A DNA stretch of 64,000 nt from Flavobacteriaceae bacterium (GTDB lineage Bacteria > Bacteroidota > Bacteroidia > Flavobacteriales > Flavobacteriaceae). Where the stretch lies: positions 7,251-71,250 of the forward strand of contig JALQVG010000076.1 in the NCBI GenBank assembly GCA_023260435.1, given 5' to 3'. How positions within the stretch are numbered: the stretch's first letter is position 1; every line of letters begins with the position of its first letter. This document shows positions 1-9,064 of the stretch, in pieces. The translations under genes and the position numbers were made by a program. The notes beneath the pieces were generated by a model, which had not been told where the DNA came from, did not search any database, and was given only the letters and a program-made list of their open reading frames with translations.

Positions 1-2
1 TG

Positions 3-620
3 CAGTTAGCTCGCCCTGTATTTGGCACATCCTATGAATCGCCATTGCTGTCCGTAATGGATCAAGAAGTCTCTTTTGCCTATGAGCCTTTTTCCCCACT
101 GGTTTGGTCAAAAAACAATTTACAAAACAACCTGGTAGCTGTTTTTGGTTATTACGCTTACCTGGCTTTAGGTGTTGATGCGGATACATTTGCCCCTATG
201 GCTGGGACACCTTATTTTATTTCTGCTCAACAGGTGGTCAATACAGCGCAATCTGCTTTTCCTGGTTGGAATGATGGCTCAAATACCTACAGCAGATCAG
301 CGATTACACAGGCGTTTAACACACCTGCCAACAAGCCATTTAGGACTTTTTTGTACCAATATCACCTTCAGGGATTAGATCAAATGGCGGTTGATCCTGA
401 AAAGTATAAACCTTTTTTGGCCGAGCAAATCAGCAGTTTAAAGTCACTGTTGCTCAGCAGGCCACAAAATCCACTGTTTGTATTACTTTTTGATGCCAAG
501 TCGGATGAGTGGGTTCAGTTTTTCAGTCAAGGACCGAGTTTTGATGCGCAAAAATTAAAAGCAGATCTCGATTTGATGGCCCCTATGTTTGCACAAAAAT
601 GGCGATTGTTTACCCGATAA
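3..620 (+). CDS. DUF4835-like protein, C-terminal part (5' end lies left of the window)
   Basis: The frame is open from nt 3, with no stop before the listed TTG at 45. YYAYLALGVD...GWNDGSNTYSR...FRTFLYQYHLQGLD resembles the DUF4835 family that commonly precedes recN in Bacteroidota. This is recalled similarity, not a search result. Confidence 0.5.
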   Translation, partial: QLARPVFGTSYESPLLSVMDQEVSFAYEPFSPLVWSKNNLQNNLVAVFGYYAYLALGVDADTFAPMAGTPYFISAQQVVNTAQSAFPGWNDGSNTYSRSAITQAFNTPANKPFRTFLYQYHLQGLDQMAVDPEKYKPFLAEQISSLKSLLLSRPQNPLFVLLFDAKSDEWVQFFSQGPSFDAQKLKADLDLMAPMFAQKWRLFTR

Positions 621-673
621 TCACGCTTTATTGACGGGGGTATTTGCTATATTTACCGTTCATTTTACCTTCT

Positions 674-2329
674 GTGTTACAGCGATTAGAGATCAATAAT
701 TTTGCTATCATCCAGTCACTCTCCGTGGAGTTTGGCCCTGGCTTGTCTGTCATTACAGGTGAGACCGGCGCTGGTAAATCAATTTTATTGGAAGGCTTGT
801 CCCTAGCACTAGGTAAGCGTGCTGATTTATCGGTTTTAAAAGACAGTAGTCAAAAGGCGGTTATAGAAGCGCTGTTTTACCTGCCTGACATGCCCTTTGA
901 GGCTTTTTTTTCCCAAAATGATTTAGATCAAGAGCCTGAACTTAGGCTGAGAAGAGAGTTGACTCCGAGCGGTAAATCTCGAGCGTTTATCAACGATACA
1001 CCTGTTACCTTGGAAGTGCTGTCTGCTCTGGGTGGACAATTAATCGACGTACACGCTCAACACCAAACACTTCAATTGTTTGATCAAAAAAATCAACTCT
1101 CTATTCTAGATGGTATAGCAGACGTTTCCGGCTTACTAATAGAATATCAGTCCCATTTTCAGGAGTATGAAGCACTGAGAAAAAAACTTGCTGAGCTTCA
1201 GAAATCTAAAGATGAAGCCATAGCGCAACAAGATTATTTAGCATTTTTGGCTCAAGAGCTTTCCGGAGTTGACCTTAGGGAGGGCATCTATGAAGAGTTG
1301 GTAGATCAAGAACGTGAGCTCGCCAATGCCACTGAAATTGCTGCTCAGCTGGGCCAAGTGGATATGCTATGGCATCAAGAACAACTGGGGGTATTAGAGG
1401 GGCTAAAACAGTTGAAGTCAATTTATGCAAAACTATCTTCCCTAGGTGCTTTTTACGAAGATCTTGCCCAAAGAGTTGATGCTGGATTTATCGAATTAAA
1501 CGACATTGCTCAGGAATCTCAACGCAAGGCTGAAGGAGTTGAGTCCGATCCTAGCCAACTAGCTTGGGTTCAAGATCAATTAGCTCAATTGGATCGTTTG
1601 ATGCAAAAGCATCAAGTGTTATCAGTCATTGATTTAGCCAATAAAAGGGATCAAATTAACCAGTCATTGGGACTGATTGAGGATCAACAACACTTGTCAA
1701 AAGAGCTTCAAGTGGCGCTGGAGGGGGTGCAGGATAAATTAACGTCCTTGTCAAATCAGCTGACTCATGCGCGAAAAAAGGCAATACCCGTATTGGAAAA
1801 TGAATTAATAACACTCCTTTCTCCGTTGGGGATGCCTAAGGCTATATTTAATATTGTATTGCGTGAGGACAAACAATTTAGACCTCATGGCAGGGATCAG
1901 ATCGAATTTTTGTTTTCTGCCAATAGTGGGTCCCCATTTGGCCCCTTGTCTAAGGTGGCTTCCGGAGGCGAGTTATCCCGAATTATGTTGAGTGTGAAAT
2001 CTATTTTGGTTAGATACACCCCTTGGCCTACCATTATTTTTGATGAAATCGACTCAGGGGTCTCGGGTGAAGTATCTAATAAGATGGGTGAAATCATGGC
2101 CCAAATGGCTCAGCGGTTACAAGTTTTTTCCATTACTCACCTCCCTCAAGTGGCAGCGCGTGGGGCACAACACTACAAAGTTTACAAACAAGACGATGGT
2201 GTGAGTACCCAGACCCATATGTTGCTCATCGATCAAGAGCAACGCGTATTGGAGATTGCTGAGATGTTGGGCGGTAGGCCTGTTGCAGAGTCGGCGGTAG
2301 CCCATGCCAAACAGCTTTTGCTCAGGTAA
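674..2329 (+). CDS. recN: DNA repair protein RecN
   Basis: Walker A GETGAGKS, ABC signature SGGELSR, Walker B IIFDEIDSG, and a long coiled-coil middle. The longest ORF starts at TTG 644. GTG 674 gives the usual (M)LxxLxIxNFAxI N-terminus, so the start is uncertain. Confidence 0.9.
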   Translation: MLQRLEINNFAIIQSLSVEFGPGLSVITGETGAGKSILLEGLSLALGKRADLSVLKDSSQKAVIEALFYLPDMPFEAFFSQNDLDQEPELRLRRELTPSGKSRAFINDTPVTLEVLSALGGQLIDVHAQHQTLQLFDQKNQLSILDGIADVSGLLIEYQSHFQEYEALRKKLAELQKSKDEAIAQQDYLAFLAQELSGVDLREGIYEELVDQERELANATEIAAQLGQVDMLWHQEQLGVLEGLKQLKSIYAKLSSLGAFYEDLAQRVDAGFIELNDIAQESQRKAEGVESDPSQLAWVQDQLAQLDRLMQKHQVLSVIDLANKRDQINQSLGLIEDQQHLSKELQVALEGVQDKLTSLSNQLTHARKKAIPVLENELITLLSPLGMPKAIFNIVLREDKQFRPHGRDQIEFLFSANSGSPFGPLSKVASGGELSRIMLSVKSILVRYTPWPTIIFDEIDSGVSGEVSNKMGEIMAQMAQRLQVFSITHLPQVAARGAQHYKVYKQDDGVSTQTHMLLIDQEQRVLEIAEMLGGRPVAESAVAHAKQLLLR

Positions 2330-2368
2330 TTTTAATATATTTACACCATTAATTTTCAAGTCTATTCT

Positions 2369-3181
2369 ATGAGTCATCAATTATTGCAAGGTAAAAGAGG
2401 AATTATTTTCGGCGCATTAGATCCAAATTCTATAGCGTGGAAAACAGCGATGCGCGTCCATGAAGAAGGGGGTGTGTTTGTGTTGACCAATGCTCCTATC
2501 GCTATGCGTATGGGTCAAATCAATGATTTAGCTGCAGCCACACAATCCAGCATCATTCCTTGCGACGCAACCAGCGAAGAAGATTTACATCAATTGGTTG
2601 CTCAGGCGGTGGAAATTTTAGGGGGCAAACTCGATTTCGTACTGCATTCAATCGGCATGTCTGTCAATGTGCGCAAAGGCAAGGCTTATACCGATGAAAA
2701 TTATGATTTTACAGCTAAAGGCTGGGATGTTTCTGCTCTTTCATTCCACAAAGTGATGCAGACACTCTACAAACAAGACGCCATGAACGAGTGGGGAAGT
2801 ATTGTAGCGTTAACTTACATGGCCGCTCAACGTACCTTCCCTGATTACAATGATATGGCGGACAATAAAGCGTATTTAGAGTCAGTGGCACGAAGCTTTG
2901 GTTATTTCTTCGGCAAAGAAAAAAAGGTGCGCGTGAATACTATTTCTCAGTCGCCCACACCAACAACAGCTGGTCAGGGCGTAAAGGGATTTGATGGTTT
3001 TATCAGTTATGCTGAGAAAATGTCTCCATTGGGGAACGCTACTGCGCTGGATTGTGCCAACTACACGGTAAGTTTATTTTCAGATTTAACCAGAAAGGTT
3101 ACCATGCAGAACTTATTCCATGATGGAGGATTTTCCAATACAGGTGTGAGTCAGGAAGTGATCGAATATTTTTCAAAATAA
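2369..3181 (+). CDS. fabI: enoyl-[acyl-carrier-protein] reductase (NADH), FabI type
   Basis: GKRGIIFG..SIAW N-terminus. Catalytic stretch YMAAQRTFPDYNDMADNKAYLES matches the FabI Y-x6-P-x-YN-x-M-x3-KA-x-LE pattern. Confidence 0.85.
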   Translation: MSHQLLQGKRGIIFGALDPNSIAWKTAMRVHEEGGVFVLTNAPIAMRMGQINDLAAATQSSIIPCDATSEEDLHQLVAQAVEILGGKLDFVLHSIGMSVNVRKGKAYTDENYDFTAKGWDVSALSFHKVMQTLYKQDAMNEWGSIVALTYMAAQRTFPDYNDMADNKAYLESVARSFGYFFGKEKKVRVNTISQSPTPTTAGQGVKGFDGFISYAEKMSPLGNATALDCANYTVSLFSDLTRKVTMQNLFHDGGFSNTGVSQEVIEYFSK

Positions 3182-3199
3182 CAAACCAAAACCAAATTT

Positions 3200-3229
3200 A
3201 AAGCCATCCTTGAGGTGGCTTTGTTTTTT
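3200..3229 (+). terminator. intrinsic terminator after fabI
   Basis: aaagccatc-cttga-ggtggcttt forms a 9-bp stem with one G.U pair, followed by gtttttt. It overlaps the GTG 3215 start listed in the ORF track, which argues for a later start of the next gene. Confidence 0.6.
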
Positions 3230-3238
3230 ATGCCTCAG

Positions 3239-4237
3239 ATGAAGTCGTTTAAGCTATCCGTAGTCGTGCCTGTATACAACCGCCCAGAGGAACTCACCGC
3301 TTTGTTAAGTACCTTGGTGCATCAGACATATCCGGTCGATGAGGTAGTTGTGGTGGAGGATGGTTCAGTTAGGGACTCCTCTGAGGTAATTACTCAGTTT
3401 GCTGGTCAATTGCCTTTGGTTTATTTGACTAAACCCAATACGGGTCCAGGAGATAGTCGTAATTTTGGAATGCGACACGCCACAGGGGATTATTTTATTA
3501 TCCTCGATTCTGATTGCGAGCTGCCAACTGGGTACATTGAGTCTATTCACCAAAGTCTAGCGCTCAATCCAGTAGATTTTTTTGGTGGTCCTGACGCGGC
3601 GGCAGCTGAATTTTCCGATATGCAAAAAGCGATCAGTTTCTCCATGACTTCATTTTTGACAACAGGAGGTGTACGGGGAGGGCGGAGCAAGAAATTTGAA
3701 CCCAGGAGTTTTAATATGGGGTTGTCAAAAAAAGCGTTTCAAGCTAGTGGAGGATATGGATTAATTCATCCAGGTGAGGATCCGGATTTGAGTATTCGTT
3801 TACACCAAATGGGATTTGTCTCTGCGTTGTTTGAAGAGGTGTTTGTCTATCATAAAAGAAGAATTACTTGGTCATCATTTTACAAACAGGTGTATAAATT
3901 TGGATCCGCTCGTCCAATTTTGATGCGGTGGTATCCACACACCTTTCGGCTAACGTACGCTTTACCAAGTATATTTTTGCTTGGGTCTGCGGTTTCCTTG
4001 GTGAGTGTTTTATTTGGGTTGTATTTGCCTGTTGGGTTATTGGGGGTTTATTTTTTAGCCATCCTGCTGGTCTCAGGTATACACTACAAGAATATGGGCA
4101 TTTCCTTGTTGTCTCTTATGGCCGTTATCGTTCAGTTATACGGATATGGATGGGGTTTTGTCAGAAGCTATTTCAAGTTGCTCAACAAGCGAAAAACTGC
4201 GGAAGAATTACTGCCTGAATTATTTTTTAGAAAATGA
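3239..4237 (+). CDS. family 2 glycosyltransferase with C-terminal membrane helices
   Basis: LSVVVPVYNRPEEL, EDGS and ILDSDC (DxD) motifs, plus a hydrophobic C-terminal third. The start could be ATG 3230 or ATG 3239. GTG 3215 lies inside the fabI terminator. Confidence 0.75.
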   Translation: MKSFKLSVVVPVYNRPEELTALLSTLVHQTYPVDEVVVVEDGSVRDSSEVITQFAGQLPLVYLTKPNTGPGDSRNFGMRHATGDYFIILDSDCELPTGYIESIHQSLALNPVDFFGGPDAAAAEFSDMQKAISFSMTSFLTTGGVRGGRSKKFEPRSFNMGLSKKAFQASGGYGLIHPGEDPDLSIRLHQMGFVSALFEEVFVYHKRRITWSSFYKQVYKFGSARPILMRWYPHTFRLTYALPSIFLLGSAVSLVSVLFGLYLPVGLLGVYFLAILLVSGIHYKNMGISLLSLMAVIVQLYGYGWGFVRSYFKLLNKRKTAEELLPELFFRK

Positions 4238-5196
4238 ACCCCTCATTGGTCACATATGGAGGATCTTCTAACAAAAAACTCATACAGTTTTTTGTATTTC
4301 TGTTGTTGTCTTTTGTGATCTGGAGTATTCAATTGCTTTCTGAGCCCAGTATTCGGATGGTTAGATTTTCTTATGAGGTAACAGGGGTGCCGCAAGGGAT
4401 GTATTGGTCACAGGAGAACCAAGATCAATTAGAAGTTCAGGTGTTGTCCAACGGGTTTTCCTGGCTAAAGTTATTGTTGGATCGACCAACCTTAAAAATT
4501 GACTTAAGTAATGCCGTTGAGGATCAGGGAATTTTCTTCTTGGAAGAACAAGCGCTTTTAGAGCAGCTCAATGCTAAGGTTTCACGAAACTACACCTTTG
4601 AGGCAACTTTGTTGGGCTCGGGAGTAAAAGTTAAATTGTTTCGGCAACGTCTAAAAAAAGTACCTGTTCAGCTCAGTTCAATGGGAAATAGGCCATCGCA
4701 TTACGTCCTATTTCGCCCTACTATTTCTCCAGATTCCGTTTGGATTAGTGGGCCAGCTACTGCGGTGGACACGCTTAGTTATGTCCGTACTTCGTCTGTT
4801 GATTTATCCGTGGATAAGGAAGATATCGAAGAAGTGTTGAGTCTTGATGTGCCAGAAGGCTATGGAATTACCGCTGATCCTCAACAAGTGCTGTTTACGG
4901 GGCATTGGGTGAAATATGCCGAACATAAGATTGAGGTGCCTATTGAGGTATTGGGGTTGCCTGAGGGTTGGACCGCCAAAACATTCCCCAACAAAGTGGA
5001 AGTGCTTTTTAGAGCTCCAATCGAGCAAGTGAAACGCCCCATGAGTTCGGATTTTAAAGTTTTTGTGTTGTTCGAACAGGCCCAAGCAGAGAAAGGAAAA
5101 GTATTATGGGCACTGGATCTTCAGGTCGTTAATCCCGCTATTGAACGCGCATATCTCTCTACTCAACGCGTTGAACTCATCGTACAAAAACCATGA
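4234..5196 (+). CDS. YbbR-like domain protein (single N-terminal TM helix)
   Basis: N-terminal TM helix LIQFFVFLLLSFVIWSIQLL followed by repeated beta-rich modules. ATGA overlap with the upstream GT2 gene. The family call is by recalled resemblance only. Confidence 0.5.
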   Translation: MNPSLVTYGGSSNKKLIQFFVFLLLSFVIWSIQLLSEPSIRMVRFSYEVTGVPQGMYWSQENQDQLEVQVLSNGFSWLKLLLDRPTLKIDLSNAVEDQGIFFLEEQALLEQLNAKVSRNYTFEATLLGSGVKVKLFRQRLKKVPVQLSSMGNRPSHYVLFRPTISPDSVWISGPATAVDTLSYVRTSSVDLSVDKEDIEEVLSLDVPEGYGITADPQQVLFTGHWVKYAEHKIEVPIEVLGLPEGWTAKTFPNKVEVLFRAPIEQVKRPMSSDFKVFVLFEQAQAEKGKVLWALDLQVVNPAIERAYLSTQRVELIVQKP

Positions 5197-5765
5197 AGAA
5201 GATCGGTTTAACAGGAGGGATTGGATCAGGCAAGTCTTATATTTCCAAAGCTTTTGCCCAGCTAGGAGTGCCGGTATTTGATTCTGATGAGGTGGCTAAA
5301 TCGTTGATGATTCAGGATCGTTTGCTCCAACAAGAAATAGTGAACTTGTTAGGGAAAGAATCTTACAGCGATGGTGAACTTCAGCGGGATTGGATTGCTT
5401 CAAAAATATTTTCTAATCCTGAATTGCGCGCACAATTAGCCTCGTTAGTACACCCAAGGGTTTACGAAGCTTTTGATCTTTGGGTAAAAGAACAATCAAC
5501 ACCCTATGTGATCTTTGAGTCGGCCATATTGCTCGAAGGAGGTAAGGCCTCTTTGTTTGACAGTATTTGGGTCGTTGAAGCTCCTATGTCATTGAGATTG
5601 TCCCGTCTACAGGCTCGGGGTCTTAGTAAAGAAACGGCGATGCAAAGGATTAATAGTCAGTGGACTGATGAACAACGAAGAAAATATGCCGATGTCGTCT
5701 GGAATAATGACGAAGTTTCTGATATTATGTTAAAAGTTTACGATATTAATAGTGAATTAACTTAA
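5193..5765 (+). CDS. coaE: dephospho-CoA kinase
   Basis: P-loop GLTGGIGSGKS at the N-terminus, about 190 aa, typical CoaE layout. ATGA overlap with the upstream gene. Confidence 0.9.
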   Translation: MKKIGLTGGIGSGKSYISKAFAQLGVPVFDSDEVAKSLMIQDRLLQQEIVNLLGKESYSDGELQRDWIASKIFSNPELRAQLASLVHPRVYEAFDLWVKEQSTPYVIFESAILLEGGKASLFDSIWVVEAPMSLRLSRLQARGLSKETAMQRINSQWTDEQRRKYADVVWNNDEVSDIMLKVYDINSELT

Positions 5766-5841
5766 AGATTATATTTTTAATATTTTTATTATTAAATGTA
5801 TAATTTATTTTACAAAAATTAACCAATTATATAAAATTGAT

Positions 5842-5849
5842 TAATTTTG
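5842..5849 (+). promoter_or_regulatory. Bacteroidota -7 promoter box (TAATTTTG) for the histidine kinase operon
   Basis: Matches the TAnnTTTG consensus and ends 7 nt before ATG 5857. It overlaps the right arm of an inverted repeat. Confidence 0.4.
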
Positions 5850-5856
5850 TTAACAT

Positions 5857-7437
5857 ATGAAAAAATCATCTTTTTTTGTGTTGGTTACAGTGATGTCTTT
5901 GGCACTGATTGGGGCAATCTCTGTTCAGGGCTACTGGATTAAACAGTCCATCACATTAAAAGAAGATCAGTTTAACAATGCCGTTTCCGATGTATTGATA
6001 GAAACTTCCCAAAAAATTGCACAGAGAGAGGTTTCTGATTATTACGAAGAGTTTTTAAAGCTCAAAGATTCAGTAGGGAACCCTGATAAGGCCCACTACA
6101 AAAATTTCTTCTTTTTTGACAAAGACCTCAATACCAATGAGACCACTTTTTATGCCCATGAAATACTGGAGCAGGATTACAGCGTCGCCAACAAGATGTT
6201 TGACAATGGATTTGGCAGAGATTCCTCGCTTATCCGCGCCTATGTCAGCGAACGCACCAAGATGGTTTACAGAGAAGATTTTGGGATTGACGGAAAACGC
6301 ACCACGATTACACCCATTACTAAATTGGCCATCAGCGGAAAACTTACGGAATACGACCGTGTTATTTTAGAGGATGTGCTTAAGGAAAGAGCTCGTTTGG
6401 TGCCTATTCACGAGCGAATCAGTGTCCAAGAACTGGTTTTAGCTTTAGATCGAGCCTTTGAACTCAGGGGTATTGACATCGATTATGAATTTGGTGTTTA
6501 CAGCAACCAATTACCCACGAAAATTAAAAGCAGTGGGTTTGTATACAGTTCAGTTAATCCCTACAAGGTGCCCCTTTTTACGGACAATGAGGGCAATAGT
6601 GATTTTAGTCTCCATGTTACATTTCCACAAAAATCCACTTTTCTATGGAGATCAATTCTGGGTACTGCAGTCCTCTCTGGGGTATTTAGTCTACTGATTT
6701 TATTGGTGTTTGTCAGTGCGATTTATCAATGGATCAAACAAAAAAAGTTATCGGAAATAAAGTCTGATTTCATCAACAACATGACCCATGAGTTTAAGAC
6801 TCCGATTGCAACCATCAACTTGGCAGTAGAGGCATTGCGCAACCCTAAAATAGCTGGTGATGCAGAAAAATTTGCCAGATACACCCAAATGATTAAAGAG
6901 GAAAACAAACGGATGAATGAGCAGGTGGAAAATGTCTTGCAGATATCCAAGTTAGATAAAAATCAGCTGGACTTGATCCGTCAAGAAGTTGATTTCCACG
7001 ACATCATTGAAGATGCGATTGCGGCTGTTTCCTTGATTTTGGATAACAGCGGAGGATATATACATACCCACTTATCCGCGAACCCATCCGTGGTATCTGT
7101 CAGCGAAATGCACATGACCAATGTGGTGGTCAATATTTTAGAAAATGCAGTAAAGTATTCCGGCGAATCCCCAAAGATTGATGTATACACCCAAAACAAG
7201 GGAGGTAAACTATTGATTTCTATAAAGGATCAAGGTCCGGGTATGAGCAAACAAGTCTTAAAACAAATCTTTGAGAAATTCTATAGAGAAACAACGGGAG
7301 ATTTGCACAATATTAAGGGTCATGGATTAGGGTTGGCTTATGTAAAAAAGATTGTAGAACTGCACAAAGGGCAGGTTTACGCCGAAAGTGAAAAAGGGAA
7401 AGGCAGTACTTTCCATGTTGAATTACCTTTAAACTAA
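5857..7437 (+). CDS. sensor histidine kinase
   Basis: Two TM helices flank an extracytoplasmic domain of about 250 aa. H-box HEFKTPIATI, N-box NILENAVKY, G-boxes DQGPGM and GHGLGLAYV. Confidence 0.9.
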   Translation: MKKSSFFVLVTVMSLALIGAISVQGYWIKQSITLKEDQFNNAVSDVLIETSQKIAQREVSDYYEEFLKLKDSVGNPDKAHYKNFFFFDKDLNTNETTFYAHEILEQDYSVANKMFDNGFGRDSSLIRAYVSERTKMVYREDFGIDGKRTTITPITKLAISGKLTEYDRVILEDVLKERARLVPIHERISVQELVLALDRAFELRGIDIDYEFGVYSNQLPTKIKSSGFVYSSVNPYKVPLFTDNEGNSDFSLHVTFPQKSTFLWRSILGTAVLSGVFSLLILLVFVSAIYQWIKQKKLSEIKSDFINNMTHEFKTPIATINLAVEALRNPKIAGDAEKFARYTQMIKEENKRMNEQVENVLQISKLDKNQLDLIRQEVDFHDIIEDAIAAVSLILDNSGGYIHTHLSANPSVVSVSEMHMTNVVVNILENAVKYSGESPKIDVYTQNKGGKLLISIKDQGPGMSKQVLKQIFEKFYRETTGDLHNIKGHGLGLAYVKKIVELHKGQVYAESEKGKGSTFHVELPLN

Positions 7438-7443
7438 TCAGTT

Positions 7444-8148
7444 ATGGAAACGATGAAAAAAATTTTACTGGTGGAGGATGATCCAAATTTTGGAAGTATC
7501 CTCAAAGATTATCTTATGATGAACGATTTCGAAGTAGTCTTGGCCAAAAATGGGATGGAAGGCTTTGAGAAGTTTAAAAAAGAAACCTTTGATGTGTGTA
7601 TTCTCGATGTCATGATGCCCTACAAAGACGGGTTTACTTTGGCCAAAGAGATTCGCGAAAAAGACGACCGTATTCCCATAGTGTTTTTAACGGCAAAAAC
7701 CATGAAAGAGGATGTGCTCAAAGGCTATAAAGCTGGTGCTGACGATTATCTAAATAAACCGTTTGACTCAGAAGTGCTATTGGTCAAACTCAAAGCGATT
7801 ATACAGAGAAAATCTACCGCGACACTTGCCGAGAGCAATCAGTTTGAGTTTGAAATAGGGGACTTTCACCTGAATGCTAAGTTGAGGTTTTTGACTTATA
7901 AGGACGAACCCTCCATCAAGCTGTCTCCCAAAGAAAATGAGCTATTGCGTATGTTGGCGCTCTATCAGAATGATTTGATGCCCAGGGAGCTGGCCTTGAC
8001 AAAAATATGGAGGGATGATAATTATTTCACCTCAAGATCCATGGATGTGTACATCGCCAAATTGAGAAAATACCTCAAGTTAGATCCCAATGTATCGGTG
8101 TTGAATATCCACGGAGAAGGGTTTAGACTGGTCGTTAAACAGGACTAA
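7444..8148 (+). CDS. OmpR/PhoB-family response regulator
   Basis: Receiver motifs LLVEDD, ILDVMMP and LTAK, with a C-terminal winged-helix domain (LSPKENELLRML...GEGFRL). Confidence 0.9.
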   Translation: METMKKILLVEDDPNFGSILKDYLMMNDFEVVLAKNGMEGFEKFKKETFDVCILDVMMPYKDGFTLAKEIREKDDRIPIVFLTAKTMKEDVLKGYKAGADDYLNKPFDSEVLLVKLKAIIQRKSTATLAESNQFEFEIGDFHLNAKLRFLTYKDEPSIKLSPKENELLRMLALYQNDLMPRELALTKIWRDDNYFTSRSMDVYIAKLRKYLKLDPNVSVLNIHGEGFRLVVKQD

Positions 8149-9064
8149 TTCCGTTTTGTTGAAGTACGCTTTTTGCCTGTATGGTGGGGTTTTCTGCTGA
8201 AATCCAATGAATACCTGGTTGTCTCCTAAACCAAGTCCCTTGTCTTTTGGCATAACGCCGTGTATTGGTTTTGATGTCTTCAATCGCTTGTTCCCGACTG
8301 ATCACCCCATCCATAAAAGCAAACACCTCAGAGTAGCCCACGGTTTTTAGTGCGTTTAATTCCCTGTGAGGGTACAAACTAGACGCCTCGTCAAAAAGTC
8401 CTTCTTGGACCATTTGATCTACTCTTTGATTGATTCTTTGATGGAGCCATGGTCTAGGCCCTTCCATACCTATGGCGATATGCTCAAAGTTTTTTGTCGG
8501 CTTAGGTTTCCCTAAAAAGCTGCTGTAGGGCTGCTTGCTGGACAAACAGACTGAAAGTGCCCGTATCAATCTCATCGGATTTTGCAGATCAACGACTTGG
8601 GCATAACGGGGATCAAGTTCTCGAAGTAAATTTTGCAAGGCTTCAATTCCATCATCCGCCCATAATTTTTCCACAAATGCTTTGTCTTTTGGGTTGACTT
8701 CAGGAAACTCATCCAACCCTTGGGTTAATGCTTGTATGTAAAGCCCACTGCCCCCCACTAAAATAACTGACTTACTTTTTTTAAATAGTTCATCCAATAG
8801 AATAGTGGCTTCTCTAGCATAGTCTCCGACGCTGTAGGGATCGTGTATGCTTTTATGCTGTATTAGGTAATGTGGGGCGGAGGAAAGTTCTTGAGCAGTG
8901 GGTACAGCGGTCCCAATACTCATTTCTCGATAAAACTGCCGGCCATCCGCGGAAACAATCGGTGCATTTAGCCAATTGGCTAGTGAAATAGCCAAACTAG
9001 TTTTGCCTGATGCGGTCGCACCAAGAACGGTAATTAACGTAGGACTCTGCGGCTTAACTTTCAA
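8135..9064 (-). CDS. miaA: tRNA dimethylallyltransferase
   Basis: P-loop GATASGKTSLAI, GGSGLY and the conserved RQxTWFR C-terminal motif (RQGTWFRR). Confidence 0.9.
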   Translation of the reverse strand: MKVKPQSPTLITVLGATASGKTSLAISLANWLNAPIVSADGRQFYREMSIGTAVPTAQELSSAPHYLIQHKSIHDPYSVGDYAREATILLDELFKKSKSVILVGGSGLYIQALTQGLDEFPEVNPKDKAFVEKLWADDGIEALQNLLRELDPRYAQVVDLQNPMRLIRALSVCLSSKQPYSSFLGKPKPTKNFEHIAIGMEGPRPWLHQRINQRVDQMVQEGLFDEASSLYPHRELNALKTVGYSEVFAFMDGVISREQAIEDIKTNTRRYAKRQGTWFRRQPGIHWISAENPTIQAKSVLQQNGISPV

